Shown here: positions 8,307 through 16,439 of the stretch, piece by piece
Position numbering within the stretch: the stretch's first letter is position 1
How the letters are laid out: each line of letters starts with the position of its first letter
Assembly: GCA_905235355.1 (NCBI GenBank)
Contig: CAJOLM010000004.1
Coordinates: forward strand, 1 to 42,080
Length of the DNA: 42,080 bases
Origin: an uncultured Elusimicrobiales bacterium
GTDB lineage: Bacteria > Elusimicrobiota > Elusimicrobia > Elusimicrobiales > Elusimicrobiaceae
Direction: 5' to 3'
Program-made: the position numbers and the translations under genes
Notes under the pieces: generated by a model
Told to the model about the DNA's origin: nothing
Seen by the model: the letters and a program-made list of their open reading frames with translations, nothing else
The model's database searches: none

Positions 8307-8833
8307 TTATTCCCCCCGAAGACGCTTCCTAATCCCCCCACAAAACCACTGAGCATGGACCCCGCTTGGGCCCATAAGGAACCGCGGGTGCGGCTTGCTT
8401 TTTTATATTGCTTGGCCTGCTGGCGATACTGCGCTGCCTGCGCATTACCCTGCGTACTGATTTCATAAATAGACCGCTGCAAATTACTGGCCAGCATTTC
8501 CTGGTCCAATTGCGCATTCAGACGGCTATTTTTCAAAATTAACTGCGCCGTGGCCGAATTATGCCCCACACCGTTTGAAGCCAACCTGGTTTTTTGTTGG
8601 CCCAAAAGTTGCGAAGCATCTTGCGCCAGCTGGCGGCTTTGGTATGCCGCATCTTGGGCCGTATATTCTATGTTACGGGCCGTAGTTTCTTCCACCTGTT
8701 TGGCTTGTGCTTCCGCCGTGGCCGCCATAGAACGGTAATAATCTCGTTCCGCCCGGTCTGCCCCTAAAGCAGAGGCAGCTGATGAAATAACCGCTCCGCC
8801 TAAGGATATTAATCCTCCTGCTACTCCTCCCAT
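8303..8833 (-). CDS. Internal virion protein, T7 gp14-like
   Basis: Gly/Ala-rich hydrophobic ends, G.Q.T.LASNGV...S.TA motif, and expected position. Confidence 0.75.
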   Translation of the reverse strand: MGGVAGGLISLGGAVISSAASALGADRAERDYYRSMAATAEAQAKQVEETTARNIEYTAQDAAYQSRQLAQDASQLLGQQKTRLASNGVGHNSATAQLILKNSRLNAQLDQEMLASNLQRSIYEISTQGNAQAAQYRQQAKQYKKASRTRGSLWAQAGSMLSGFVGGLGSVFGGNK

Positions 8834-8853
8834 GCTATTCTCCTTTTCAATTC

Positions 8854-9297
8854 TTAAAATATGTACAACTTAAATCGGGTTTCTTTGCCCGCCAAATAAA
8901 ACGGCTCTGCGTGGCATTGGGCCCCTAAATGCCGCAAATAACGTTGCGCGGCTATATACCGTTCATCACATACCGCATACAGTTTGGGATATAAGGTTTT
9001 AAAATATGCCAGCACTTGATGAGAAATCTGATAAAAAACGCGTGGATATTGCGCTACTGCGTTCCCTGTCCATAGCCATACACACGCTTGTTCTCCTAAT
9101 AAACTATCCGGTGCAACCCCCGCAACCGCACACAATTTTCCCTCAATAGATAGCGCAAAAGCTACGCTGCTGCGTTGCAGACATTTGTCTAAACCTTCCG
9201 TGGCAGATAACCGGTAAAATGCCCATAACTCCTGCCCATCTTCTTTCCGCAAATGCGGCACCAGTGCAGATAGATGTTCTTTACAAAGCGGCTCCAA
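8854..9297 (-). CDS. Phage acetyltransferase-like protein (T7 gp13-like), start uncertain
   Basis: L..LVPHLR.ED..EL, AVAGV, VWLWTG, L.AV.D.R..AA.R.L..LG and position after the nozzle. The frame stays open to 9375 but would overlap the divergent gene, so TTG 9297 was used. Confidence 0.7.
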   Translation of the reverse strand: MEPLCKEHLSALVPHLRKEDGQELWAFYRLSATEGLDKCLQRSSVAFALSIEGKLCAVAGVAPDSLLGEQACVWLWTGNAVAQYPRVFYQISHQVLAYFKTLYPKLYAVCDERYIAAQRYLRHLGAQCHAEPFYLAGKETRFKLYIF

Positions 9298-9340
9298 ACT
9301 AATATCATAAGAGGTAGAAGCTCTCTTTACGGAGGTATTT

Positions 9341-10090
9341 ATGTTAATGTTTATTTTGCTGTGTCTATTAGTCATTGCAGTACTCTATGGAGTATTTTTT
9401 CTGTTATTTAAATTGTTGTTTTTATTGTGTAAGAGTAAACGCAATTTCTGGCCGCTTATTTTGTCGGGTATTTGCACGTTATTACTACTGCTCTTGATGG
9501 CAATCGCCGCTTACCAAACGTATCAGCATTTTGCTAAACCCATTATGCCCATTGTGCAAGCCGCCACCGAACGGACGGAACCCATCTATGGAGAAACACT
9601 TTACACGGATCCTCTTTATGGTTTTACCATGACCTTACATGATGGCATGACGGTAGGTGATTGGATCACATTACCTACATCCTCTGTATTGATTGGAATC
9701 GACGTTAACATATTCCTATTGCAAGATAAAACACAACAGGATCAACTACCTGTGTCCGGATTTGCCTTGGTACGTATACCACAAACGACCCCCATGACCG
9801 CGCGCCAGGCAGCAGATGCCTTATTACAACGCTTGCAGCAAATTCCTGCCGAACAGGGACAATTTATCTTAACGCAGGATCCGAAGCCGATTAACGTAGG
9901 TTATCAAGCCGATGGACTACTCGTAACAGGAACGCTGAAAACTGCTACCAGCGACCAAGATTGGCCTGTCACGCTAATTATAGCGACCCACGATCAAGCC
10001 ATGTATGCTTTGGTTGGTCTGAGCAAAAGTGCAGAACAGGCTCTATCAGACACATTATTAAGTTTCCGTTTCGTACAACCCAAGCACTAA
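9341..10090 (+). CDS. Membrane protein (two N-terminal TMs plus extracytoplasmic domain), antisense within the tail genes
   Basis: GGAGG RBS at 9331-9335, 249 aa, own terminator. YTDP.YGF..T...LSFRF pattern is reminiscent of PsbP/DcrB-like folds (weak). Confidence 0.75.
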   Translation: MLMFILLCLLVIAVLYGVFFLLFKLLFLLCKSKRNFWPLILSGICTLLLLLLMAIAAYQTYQHFAKPIMPIVQAATERTEPIYGETLYTDPLYGFTMTLHDGMTVGDWITLPTSSVLIGIDVNIFLLQDKTQQDQLPVSGFALVRIPQTTPMTARQAADALLQRLQQIPAEQGQFILTQDPKPINVGYQADGLLVTGTLKTATSDQDWPVTLIIATHDQAMYALVGLSKSAEQALSDTLLSFRFVQPKH

Positions 10091-10110
10091 ACAGAAGGTT
10101 GCTTTTCTTC

Positions 10111-10141
10111 GCCCGCGCCCAGAAATGGCGCGGGCTTTTTA
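10111..10141 (+). terminator. Rho-independent terminator
   Basis: GCCCGCGCC-CAGAAAT-GGCGCGGGC-TTTTT between convergent genes. Confidence 0.8.
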
Positions 10142-10149
10142 TAGGCTCA

Positions 10150-12753
10150 TTAATCCAACTGCGTCAGAATAGCCAGCACCGTTACAGGCAAGGGTTCTTG
10201 CTGTTTAAACGTCACCGATGGAAAGGTGGAATGAGCAGAAGATACGACCTTGCGCACATCCCGCGTTTGCAAGCTGGCCGCCGTGCCATAGATGCTGATT
10301 GGGGCATAGATTAATTCGTCTAATTTTCCATCTTCTGCACCCACTAAACCGCCGCGGCTGTCTAACATTTTAAGCGTGACTTCTACCAAACGTCGCTTGC
10401 GCCCTTGGCTGCTGCCGTCGTTTAAATCATATTCCACCGGCAGCGTCTGCAAGGTAGACGTATAAGGTAACCCTACATGCGCAGTATAAACCGCACGCGG
10501 TAACGTCACCGAGCCATTGTTTACCGTAAGTCCGTGCACGGGTGTACCGTCCGCAAGAGCGACTACTTCTTGTCCTTCCAAATATTCCAATCCCTCCACT
10601 TGTGTAAAAGGTTCCGTTCTTTTTTTAGATATACTGGCATCTAAAAATACCTGGTCCTCAGGTAATTTGCTGATCAAGCGCGGTAATAATCGTTCAATGT
10701 AACGCGCCCCATTTCGCTCTATTAAGAACCAAGTTTCATCATAGCCGCGCGCCGGGATACTGCATACACTTAAGAAAGTGCCTTGCGTTTCATGACGCGT
10801 CCAGGCGCAAATATCTTCTTGCACCATATAAGTCAAAGACAGCAAACTTCCGTCGTCTAATACACACCAGACTAAATTATCCGGCTCTTGTTGATAACAG
10901 ATGTCACAAATTTCCCGGTTAAAAAATAGGTGCTTGGCACGCAGGGTTAAATCACGCCCGGTATATGATGCGCTGTTATATTCATAATAAAAATCCCGCA
11001 GTACGCCGCCACGCGCTTGGACATATAAAGTGCGGTTGCCGACCACTAGCGGCGGCAACTGGTTGGCTCCGCGTTCCCCTTCTTGCGCCACTTGTACATT
11101 AAACGGAGTGATCGCGCCGGACGCCCCCACACTCCACTCACTTCCCGCCGTAAATACCAGTAATTTTGACCCGACCGCCACGGAATTAATCGCATTTAAT
11201 TTTTTGCTGGACAGCGTCACGCTAATAGCGTCTGAATCTTCCAACGTGCGGTTATAACCGAAGTCTTCATATTCGCCTGTTTTAGAAAACCATAAGGATT
11301 GGGCTTCCCGCCGCGTTCCGGCAAAACCCAGACGGTCTTGATAGAAGAACACGCAACCGGGATATCCGGCATCCGCACTAAAAGAACCTTCTGCCCAATC
11401 TGTCGTCCACGTTTCTTCTGTTCCCAGTTCACGTTCCAGGGTAACTTGCATTTTTCGCGCATTGACATAATGGTCCAATTTCACAATCCCTTCTTGGCTA
11501 AAGGAGTCGGCCTGTAAAATGTATCCCATTTCGCCCGAAATTCCCAAGCAGCGCACACGCAAATAACGCATTTTAGCCGACGGTGCTAAATTGCCCAAAG
11601 TGTTTAAATTATCCTCACTTTGCGCCTTGGTAAAATGTTTTACTTTTTCCCACGTGCTATTATCTTCGGACACTTCCAGTGCAATTTGTCCATACCAAGT
11701 GCCCGTCGTACGCAGACGCCAATCGCCACCCGTTTGAATGACCTTAGAAATCCCTTCATATCCCAAGGTGCCACTTTCATAAGGGCTTTCTATTCGGTGA
11801 TTTAAGGACCACAACGCGCCCACATGACCGGGACGGAACACATCAAAATCGGCTTCCAAGTAAATTTTTTCCGTACCTGGGCTGATGATTTCTCCGGCAT
11901 TTTGTCCGCCACTCATGGTTTGCGTCACAACTAATTTTGGTCCAGACGTTAAACTGGAATAGTAATTAATAACCAGCTGCGCTCCATTGTAGTCGCCCCC
12001 GGTCGCTTGTGGGGATTCAATACGCAGCACACCGCCCTGATTATACGCCACACAGCCCGTAGAACTATACCGCGCATTAAAATACTGCACCACTTCGCTG
12101 ACGTTAAAGCCATATCCGCTGGGATCGTAAAAGCGTTCGCCCCGCCAATATGCCTGAATAAAATAATTGGAATAACTAATCGGCAAGAAAGAAATAGATG
12201 CTTTTACTCCTTCCGATACAACGGTCTCACTGCTGCGCACCACACGCATCTTTTTAGTTTCGTCGGTATTAGCGGGCATAAATGGGCCGTCTTTAATGGT
12301 AGCTGTCTGCAAGGTAAAATATCCGTCGCTGCCGCGCGTTAAAGTACGCGGGGCATAACCGCTATGCACCAAGTACAAGGTCTGCTCATACTGGACATAA
12401 TTGAGCACAGCCAAATCACTTTCATCATAGGGAGACTCAATTTCATAAATATCGCCATTCTGCAACAAAGTCCCCGCGGGGGCATGCACCCGGATATATT
12501 GATGGCCCACTTCTAGGACATAGGCCTCAGACTCACTAATAATAAACGGAATCAGACGGCACTTTTTATCCGCATATTTAGCTGTATTTACATAAGCTGT
12601 ACCCGGACGATTAGAAGCCCCACCTTGTGCATGTATCCAGAAATTGCAGGCAGTTTTAAGCCAACTGCCGTAGCCCTGTACGTCCATGCGGGCATATAAA
12701 TGCGGGCTGACTTCCCCGCCCGAAAAAGTAGGTTGCGTGGTATGTATAGGCAT
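10150..12753 (-). CDS. Tail tubular protein B / nozzle (T7 gp12-like)
   Basis: Q..FSGGEVSP.L.AR.D, N......GGA..RPGT, RLIPF, GYP..V.FYQDRL.FAG, SKTG.Y.DF, AW.RHET.G, GL.YLEG..V..LADG, VGLPY, Q..PLP.TVL. Confidence 0.92.
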   Translation of the reverse strand: MPIHTTQPTFSGGEVSPHLYARMDVQGYGSWLKTACNFWIHAQGGASNRPGTAYVNTAKYADKKCRLIPFIISESEAYVLEVGHQYIRVHAPAGTLLQNGDIYEIESPYDESDLAVLNYVQYEQTLYLVHSGYAPRTLTRGSDGYFTLQTATIKDGPFMPANTDETKKMRVVRSSETVVSEGVKASISFLPISYSNYFIQAYWRGERFYDPSGYGFNVSEVVQYFNARYSSTGCVAYNQGGVLRIESPQATGGDYNGAQLVINYYSSLTSGPKLVVTQTMSGGQNAGEIISPGTEKIYLEADFDVFRPGHVGALWSLNHRIESPYESGTLGYEGISKVIQTGGDWRLRTTGTWYGQIALEVSEDNSTWEKVKHFTKAQSEDNLNTLGNLAPSAKMRYLRVRCLGISGEMGYILQADSFSQEGIVKLDHYVNARKMQVTLERELGTEETWTTDWAEGSFSADAGYPGCVFFYQDRLGFAGTRREAQSLWFSKTGEYEDFGYNRTLEDSDAISVTLSSKKLNAINSVAVGSKLLVFTAGSEWSVGASGAITPFNVQVAQEGERGANQLPPLVVGNRTLYVQARGGVLRDFYYEYNSASYTGRDLTLRAKHLFFNREICDICYQQEPDNLVWCVLDDGSLLSLTYMVQEDICAWTRHETQGTFLSVCSIPARGYDETWFLIERNGARYIERLLPRLISKLPEDQVFLDASISKKRTEPFTQVEGLEYLEGQEVVALADGTPVHGLTVNNGSVTLPRAVYTAHVGLPYTSTLQTLPVEYDLNDGSSQGRKRRLVEVTLKMLDSRGGLVGAEDGKLDELIYAPISIYGTAASLQTRDVRKVVSSAHSTFPSVTFKQQEPLPVTVLAILTQLD

Positions 12754-13340
12754 TAGCGGCTCTCCACAAAAGCACTTTCCCCTTGGTGCAGTGCAAATTC
12801 TTCTGACATATTACTGCGGCGTGCTTCATCCAAGGCCAGCGTATATTTTTGCAAGATCCGCTGGGCAAGTGCGGTATCTGCCGTAAGCGTTTGGGCTAAA
12901 TCGGTGGCCAGAGCCAGCGAAAAGGCTTTGACAAAAGCCGGGTCAAAGAGCGACTCGTCCCGTACGTCCCGCGTATATTCTATTTGGGCCTGCGGCACGG
13001 CACACTGAATAGTACGCGCTTGCAAATCCTGGCGATACACCTCTTTAAAAGGCACCGGGCGTTGTCCGCGGCCCTTTTCGTACACCTTGCGCACAAACAA
13101 GCAATCTTGCGGATAGGCATACTGATATGGCTCCGCTGTCTGCTCCGGATCTACCAAAACTGCCAGCGCAGCTTGCCCGCAAGCAAAGGCCCAATAGTGA
13201 GTGCGCAACACTTCCTGCCGAACCGAATCATAGAACAAATGACAACGGCGCGCCGCTTCATTATCTTGTTCTAAAGAGGCTATAGGCTCTTGTCCAATCT
13301 GCGCTAAAGCCATATTGCAAATGTCTATCTTTGATATCAT
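12753..13340 (-). CDS. Tail tubular protein A / head-tail adaptor (T7 gp11-like)
   Basis: S.IDICN.AL..IG...I.SL....A..C...YD..R..VLR...W.FA, Y.YP.DCL, FDP.FV.A....LA. Confidence 0.9.
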   Translation of the reverse strand: MISKIDICNMALAQIGQEPIASLEQDNEAARRCHLFYDSVRQEVLRTHYWAFACGQAALAVLVDPEQTAEPYQYAYPQDCLFVRKVYEKGRGQRPVPFKEVYRQDLQARTIQCAVPQAQIEYTRDVRDESLFDPAFVKAFSLALATDLAQTLTADTALAQRILQKYTLALDEARRSNMSEEFALHQGESAFVESR

Positions 13341-13710
13341 TTTTTATCTCCAATTTTAATTTATATTAAAATTTAATAATTTTTTATTTTTAAATTAAAT
13401 TTTATTTTTATATATAATTTTAAAAATATTTATATTTTAATTATTTTTTATTTTAATATTATTTTTTAAAACAACTTATTTCTAATATTTTGACTTAAAT
13501 ATAAAAATCATACTAATTTTAAAAATACTTGTATTTTAAATATTTTTAAAATTACATATTATTTTAATATTTTTAATACAAGTACTTTTCATATCACAAA
13601 AGTTTCCGTATTAAATCTCTTGAGCTATAACAAAACATGAAAGATAAAATAAAAATAAATAATAAATAAAGATTATTTTTTACTATTTTCTAATCTATTT
13701 TTATTTAAAA
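13341..13710. other. Extremely AT-rich non-coding island
   Basis: Manual count gives about 36 G+C in 370 bp (~10%), with no G or C from 13352 to 13471. Confidence 0.9.
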
Positions 13711-13846
13711 AAGCGGGGTATTTTGGCATTTTGGGGCCTTATTGCGTTTTTCCCCCCACAAGCCGTGTCTAAATGAGGTGTTTTTGGCCTAAAACAACCC
13801 TATTTTTCCACATCACAGCTATGGGCCAAGGATTGTGGGGGAGCGT

Positions 13847-13935
13847 GCAAAGCCGCGGGAGCGCGGGACACTAGCAAGGATTGGAAACGCAGTGCACTGG
13901 GCAAAGAGCGGGAGCGCGGTGACACTGGCAAGGAT
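13847..13935. repeat. Imperfect ~35 bp direct repeat, two copies
   Basis: GCAAAGCCGCGGGAGCGCGGGACACTAGCAAGGAT (13847-13881) versus GCAAAGAGCGGGAGCGCGGTGACACTGGCAAGGAT (13901-13935). Confidence 0.75.
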
Positions 13936-13963
13936 GCGCAGTGGCTGGAAACGCGCCTCTAGT

Positions 13964-13993
13964 AAAGGGTGGGGGCGCGGCAGAGGCGCCCCC
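13964..13993 (-). terminator. Hairpin after the decoration gene, possible terminator of the head operon
   Basis: GGGGGCGC/GCGCCCCC stem just after the stop, with only a weak U-tract. Confidence 0.5.
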
Positions 13994-14001
13994 TGGTGCA
14001 A

Positions 14002-14379
14002 CTACAGATCCACCATTTCGGTGATAAACATAGACAGTTTACCTGCCGTTCCTGTGCCGGTTACGGTGTAATAACCGCGCAGGTAGCGTAACATGCCAGC
14101 AGGCAAAACGGCTTTGACCAAGGTTTTGCCAGCTTTTAAGTCAGCTACTGCAAACGAAGCGGAAAACAATTCCTTTGAGGAAGAGAAATTGCTCGTCTCT
14201 GCTGTTTGCAAGCTTATTTTGACACTAGTGGCTCCGGCAAAGTCCTGGTCTACACGCACCATAAAACCCGCGTGCGTATGGGCATTGCCTTCGGCTTGTT
14301 GATCCACGATATTGGTAGAAGCCGCCGTGGAAGTAACGGTTTGTTCTTCAGACAGCACTAATGTATTATCTAATAACAT
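14002..14379 (-). CDS. Capsid decoration/cement protein (Bbp16-like)
   Basis: MLLD..L.LSE.Q.VT.TAASTN.VD...L.AG......P....RYLR..YTV.G...AGK, directly after the capsid gene. Confidence 0.85.
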   Translation of the reverse strand: MLLDNTLVLSEEQTVTSTAASTNIVDQQAEGNAHTHAGFMVRVDQDFAGATSVKISLQTAETSNFSSSKELFSASFAVADLKAGKTLVKAVLPAGMLRYLRGYYTVTGTGTAGKLSMFITEMVDL

Positions 14380-14396
14380 ATTTCTTTTACCTCCTC

Positions 14397-15374
14397 TTAA
14401 GCGACCACATCTTCGGTGTCTTCAATTGCGTCACAGACGTGCACCGGGATTTCGTTAAACGTCATCATCGGGCGGCTGGTGATTTGGTCCGGCGTGTACT
14501 GGACGTTTTGCTTATTGCTGGTCAGTTTGCGCAACGCCGCTTTGACGGTGCGGTTCATGTACCAGACCGGTCTGCCCAAGTTCAAGCTTTGGATGCGTTC
14601 TTCCAGCTCACACATTTGGTCAATCAAGGTGCTGGGTACGTCGGTCACATCAATGTTGCAAATGCGGCCCGCATAGCGCCAATCTTGCACGGCCAGTCCC
14701 AATTTCCACTCAAAATATTCCTTGTAAGCCGGATATTCATTCCCGTCGTTATCCACGTGGTTGACTAAGCCGTGGTCCACGCGTTGGATACCTGCTTTAG
14801 AGCCTTTGGGGAAAAAGGTAAAGATTTTATCGGTGTCCCATACCACGAGGTAAATGGAAGAGTTTTGCCCGTCGGTTTTGCCGCCCGCATCAATGACGTT
14901 GGCGGAGCTTTTGGCGCCGGACAAGGTGTTGTAACGGGCAGCTAGTCCGGTAAAGCGTTCCGGTGTTTCGCCCGCGTTGCCATAAATTAAATTGTGGGCC
15001 ATGGTGTTAGACATACCCGCAATAATGGCTTTGCTCTGCCCGGTGCGGACAGCTTGCAAATTGCCGCCTTTTTCGGCGATTAATTTGTCCACTACAGAAT
15101 AAGCAGACAAGGTGCCATAACCTTCCACCACTACTTTGGTGGTCGCTTTGGCGGGTTCAATGCCTTGATAGGCGCGGCGCCAGGTCCCTTCCGGGATGCC
15201 GGTACGTACGGCATATTCGTGGCCGCTGTCTAAGTTACTTTCCACGACCATGGCATCACCAATAATGTCATTGGATTTGCTCAGCACTTCTGCAATAGCC
15301 AGTTCTTGGCCGGATTCGTCAAATTGTTTGGCATAATCCAGCAAGTTATAATATTTATCTGCAATAATTGCCAT
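14397..15374 (-). CDS. Major capsid protein (BPP-1 Bbp17-like, HK97 fold)
   Basis: L.D.AK..D, I.E.L...N.I..D, VRTG.P...WR...QG, YG.....PE.FTGLA.RY, SIYLV.W, FPKGSKAG, W.LGL.V.DWRY..RI.NID, CDAI..TE.VV. Confidence 0.92.
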   Translation of the reverse strand: MAIIADKYYNLLDYAKQFDESGQELAIAEVLSKSNDIIGDAMVVESNLDSGHEYAVRTGIPEGTWRRAYQGIEPAKATTKVVVEGYGTLSAYSVVDKLIAEKGGNLQAVRTGQSKAIIAGMSNTMAHNLIYGNAGETPERFTGLAARYNTLSGAKSSANVIDAGGKTDGQNSSIYLVVWDTDKIFTFFPKGSKAGIQRVDHGLVNHVDNDGNEYPAYKEYFEWKLGLAVQDWRYAGRICNIDVTDVPSTLIDQMCELEERIQSLNLGRPVWYMNRTVKAALRKLTSNKQNVQYTPDQITSRPMMTFNEIPVHVCDAIEDTEDVVA

Positions 15375-15421
15375 AAAGTTTCATTCCTTTTAGTGTCGGT
15401 CCTGTTCGGACGAGGAAGACA

Positions 15422-16042
15422 CTACTGCGCCTTCCCGTACAACGCTTCAGCGAAGGTTTTATCGCCGGAAGATTTGCTCTGTCCGCCAATGGATTGGTCC
15501 TCACTGATTTGTTGGCTAATTTGATGAAACGTCTTGACGATAACCGGATGGCTGCCAAGCCCTGTTAGTTCTAACAGTTCCCGCAGCTCCGCCCCGCCGA
15601 AACGGTCTGCCGCGTTCAGCGCGCGGGCAATTTCCCGCCCGTAATTCACGCCGAACATTGATTTGGTTTTCTCCGTCCATTTTTGCACGATATCAGCGCG
15701 CGCAGCCTCTTGCGTGTGGTGGTGATCCGCCGCGGCGGAAGCCTCCCATTCCACTAGTTTTTTCACCGTTTCGGCGGGTAATTTCAGCGTAGCTGCCAGT
15801 TGTTTAAAAGAAGCGAAATTCTCCTCGCATCCTTTCAAACTTTCCGGCAGCGTAAGGGCCTTATATTCATCAGACGTTTGCGTATTTTGTTGCAGCCGAT
15901 CTTGGGCGGTATTTTTCTCCCCCTCGCTCGGCCGGCCGGATACTTCGTCAGCCTTTGTCTGTTGTAAATCGTTTGTGGGACTGGAGTTATTTGCCGCCTG
16001 TACGTCTGCGGTTGTTTCTCCGTTAGTGTTGGTATCAAACAT
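15422..16042 (-). CDS. Capsid scaffolding/assembly protein
   Basis: Low-complexity N-terminus, Y..L.LPE, L..TGLG.HP..VK.F..I...ISED, A..LYG C-terminus. Start MFDT after a GAGG RBS. Confidence 0.8.
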   Translation of the reverse strand: MFDTNTNGETTADVQAANNSSPTNDLQQTKADEVSGRPSEGEKNTAQDRLQQNTQTSDEYKALTLPESLKGCEENFASFKQLAATLKLPAETVKKLVEWEASAAADHHHTQEAARADIVQKWTEKTKSMFGVNYGREIARALNAADRFGGAELRELLELTGLGSHPVIVKTFHQISQQISEDQSIGGQSKSSGDKTFAEALYGKAQ

Positions 16043-16343
16043 TGTGCATTTCCTCACTTTCTTGATTAATTTCGTTTTGACCGGAAGTTACTTCTGATAA
16101 ATATTCTGCGTGCATTTGGGACAGCAGATGCGGCGACACTTGGGCAATTTGCTGCAGCAAAAACAGCCCGATACTTTTTTGTCCGCAATGAAATGCGGTG
16201 GCCAACCCGTCGCCGGGAACGAAGCCGTGCTCCTCAATTTGCGCGGCTTGCAAAATCCGCCAGAGTAAACGGCGGCCTTGCGGTAATTTCAGTACGCAAG
16301 CCAAATCAGCTGCGTTGCGTTTTTCTACAAGTCTTTTTTTCAT
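16035..16343 (-). CDS. Conserved podophage protein (Bbp19-like)
   Basis: DL..VL..PQGRR.LWR.L......T.F..G..SIGL, between portal and scaffold. Confidence 0.75.
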   Translation of the reverse strand: MKKRLVEKRNAADLACVLKLPQGRRLLWRILQAAQIEEHGFVPGDGLATAFHCGQKSIGLFLLQQIAQVSPHLLSQMHAEYLSEVTSGQNEINQESEEMHNV

Positions 16344-16439
16344 AAAGTTGCTTTGTACGAGGAGAGGAAGCCTTCCCGGTTACCCCCTCTCCCCCCCGGC
16401 AGGGTGTTCGTTAATTTTAGACAACCCTGTCCCACAGAA

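Noticed and set aside
13819-14071. ORFs 13819-14001 (-) and 13835-14071 (+)
   Set aside because: They are translations of the direct repeats and hairpin, with no RBS or protein-like features.
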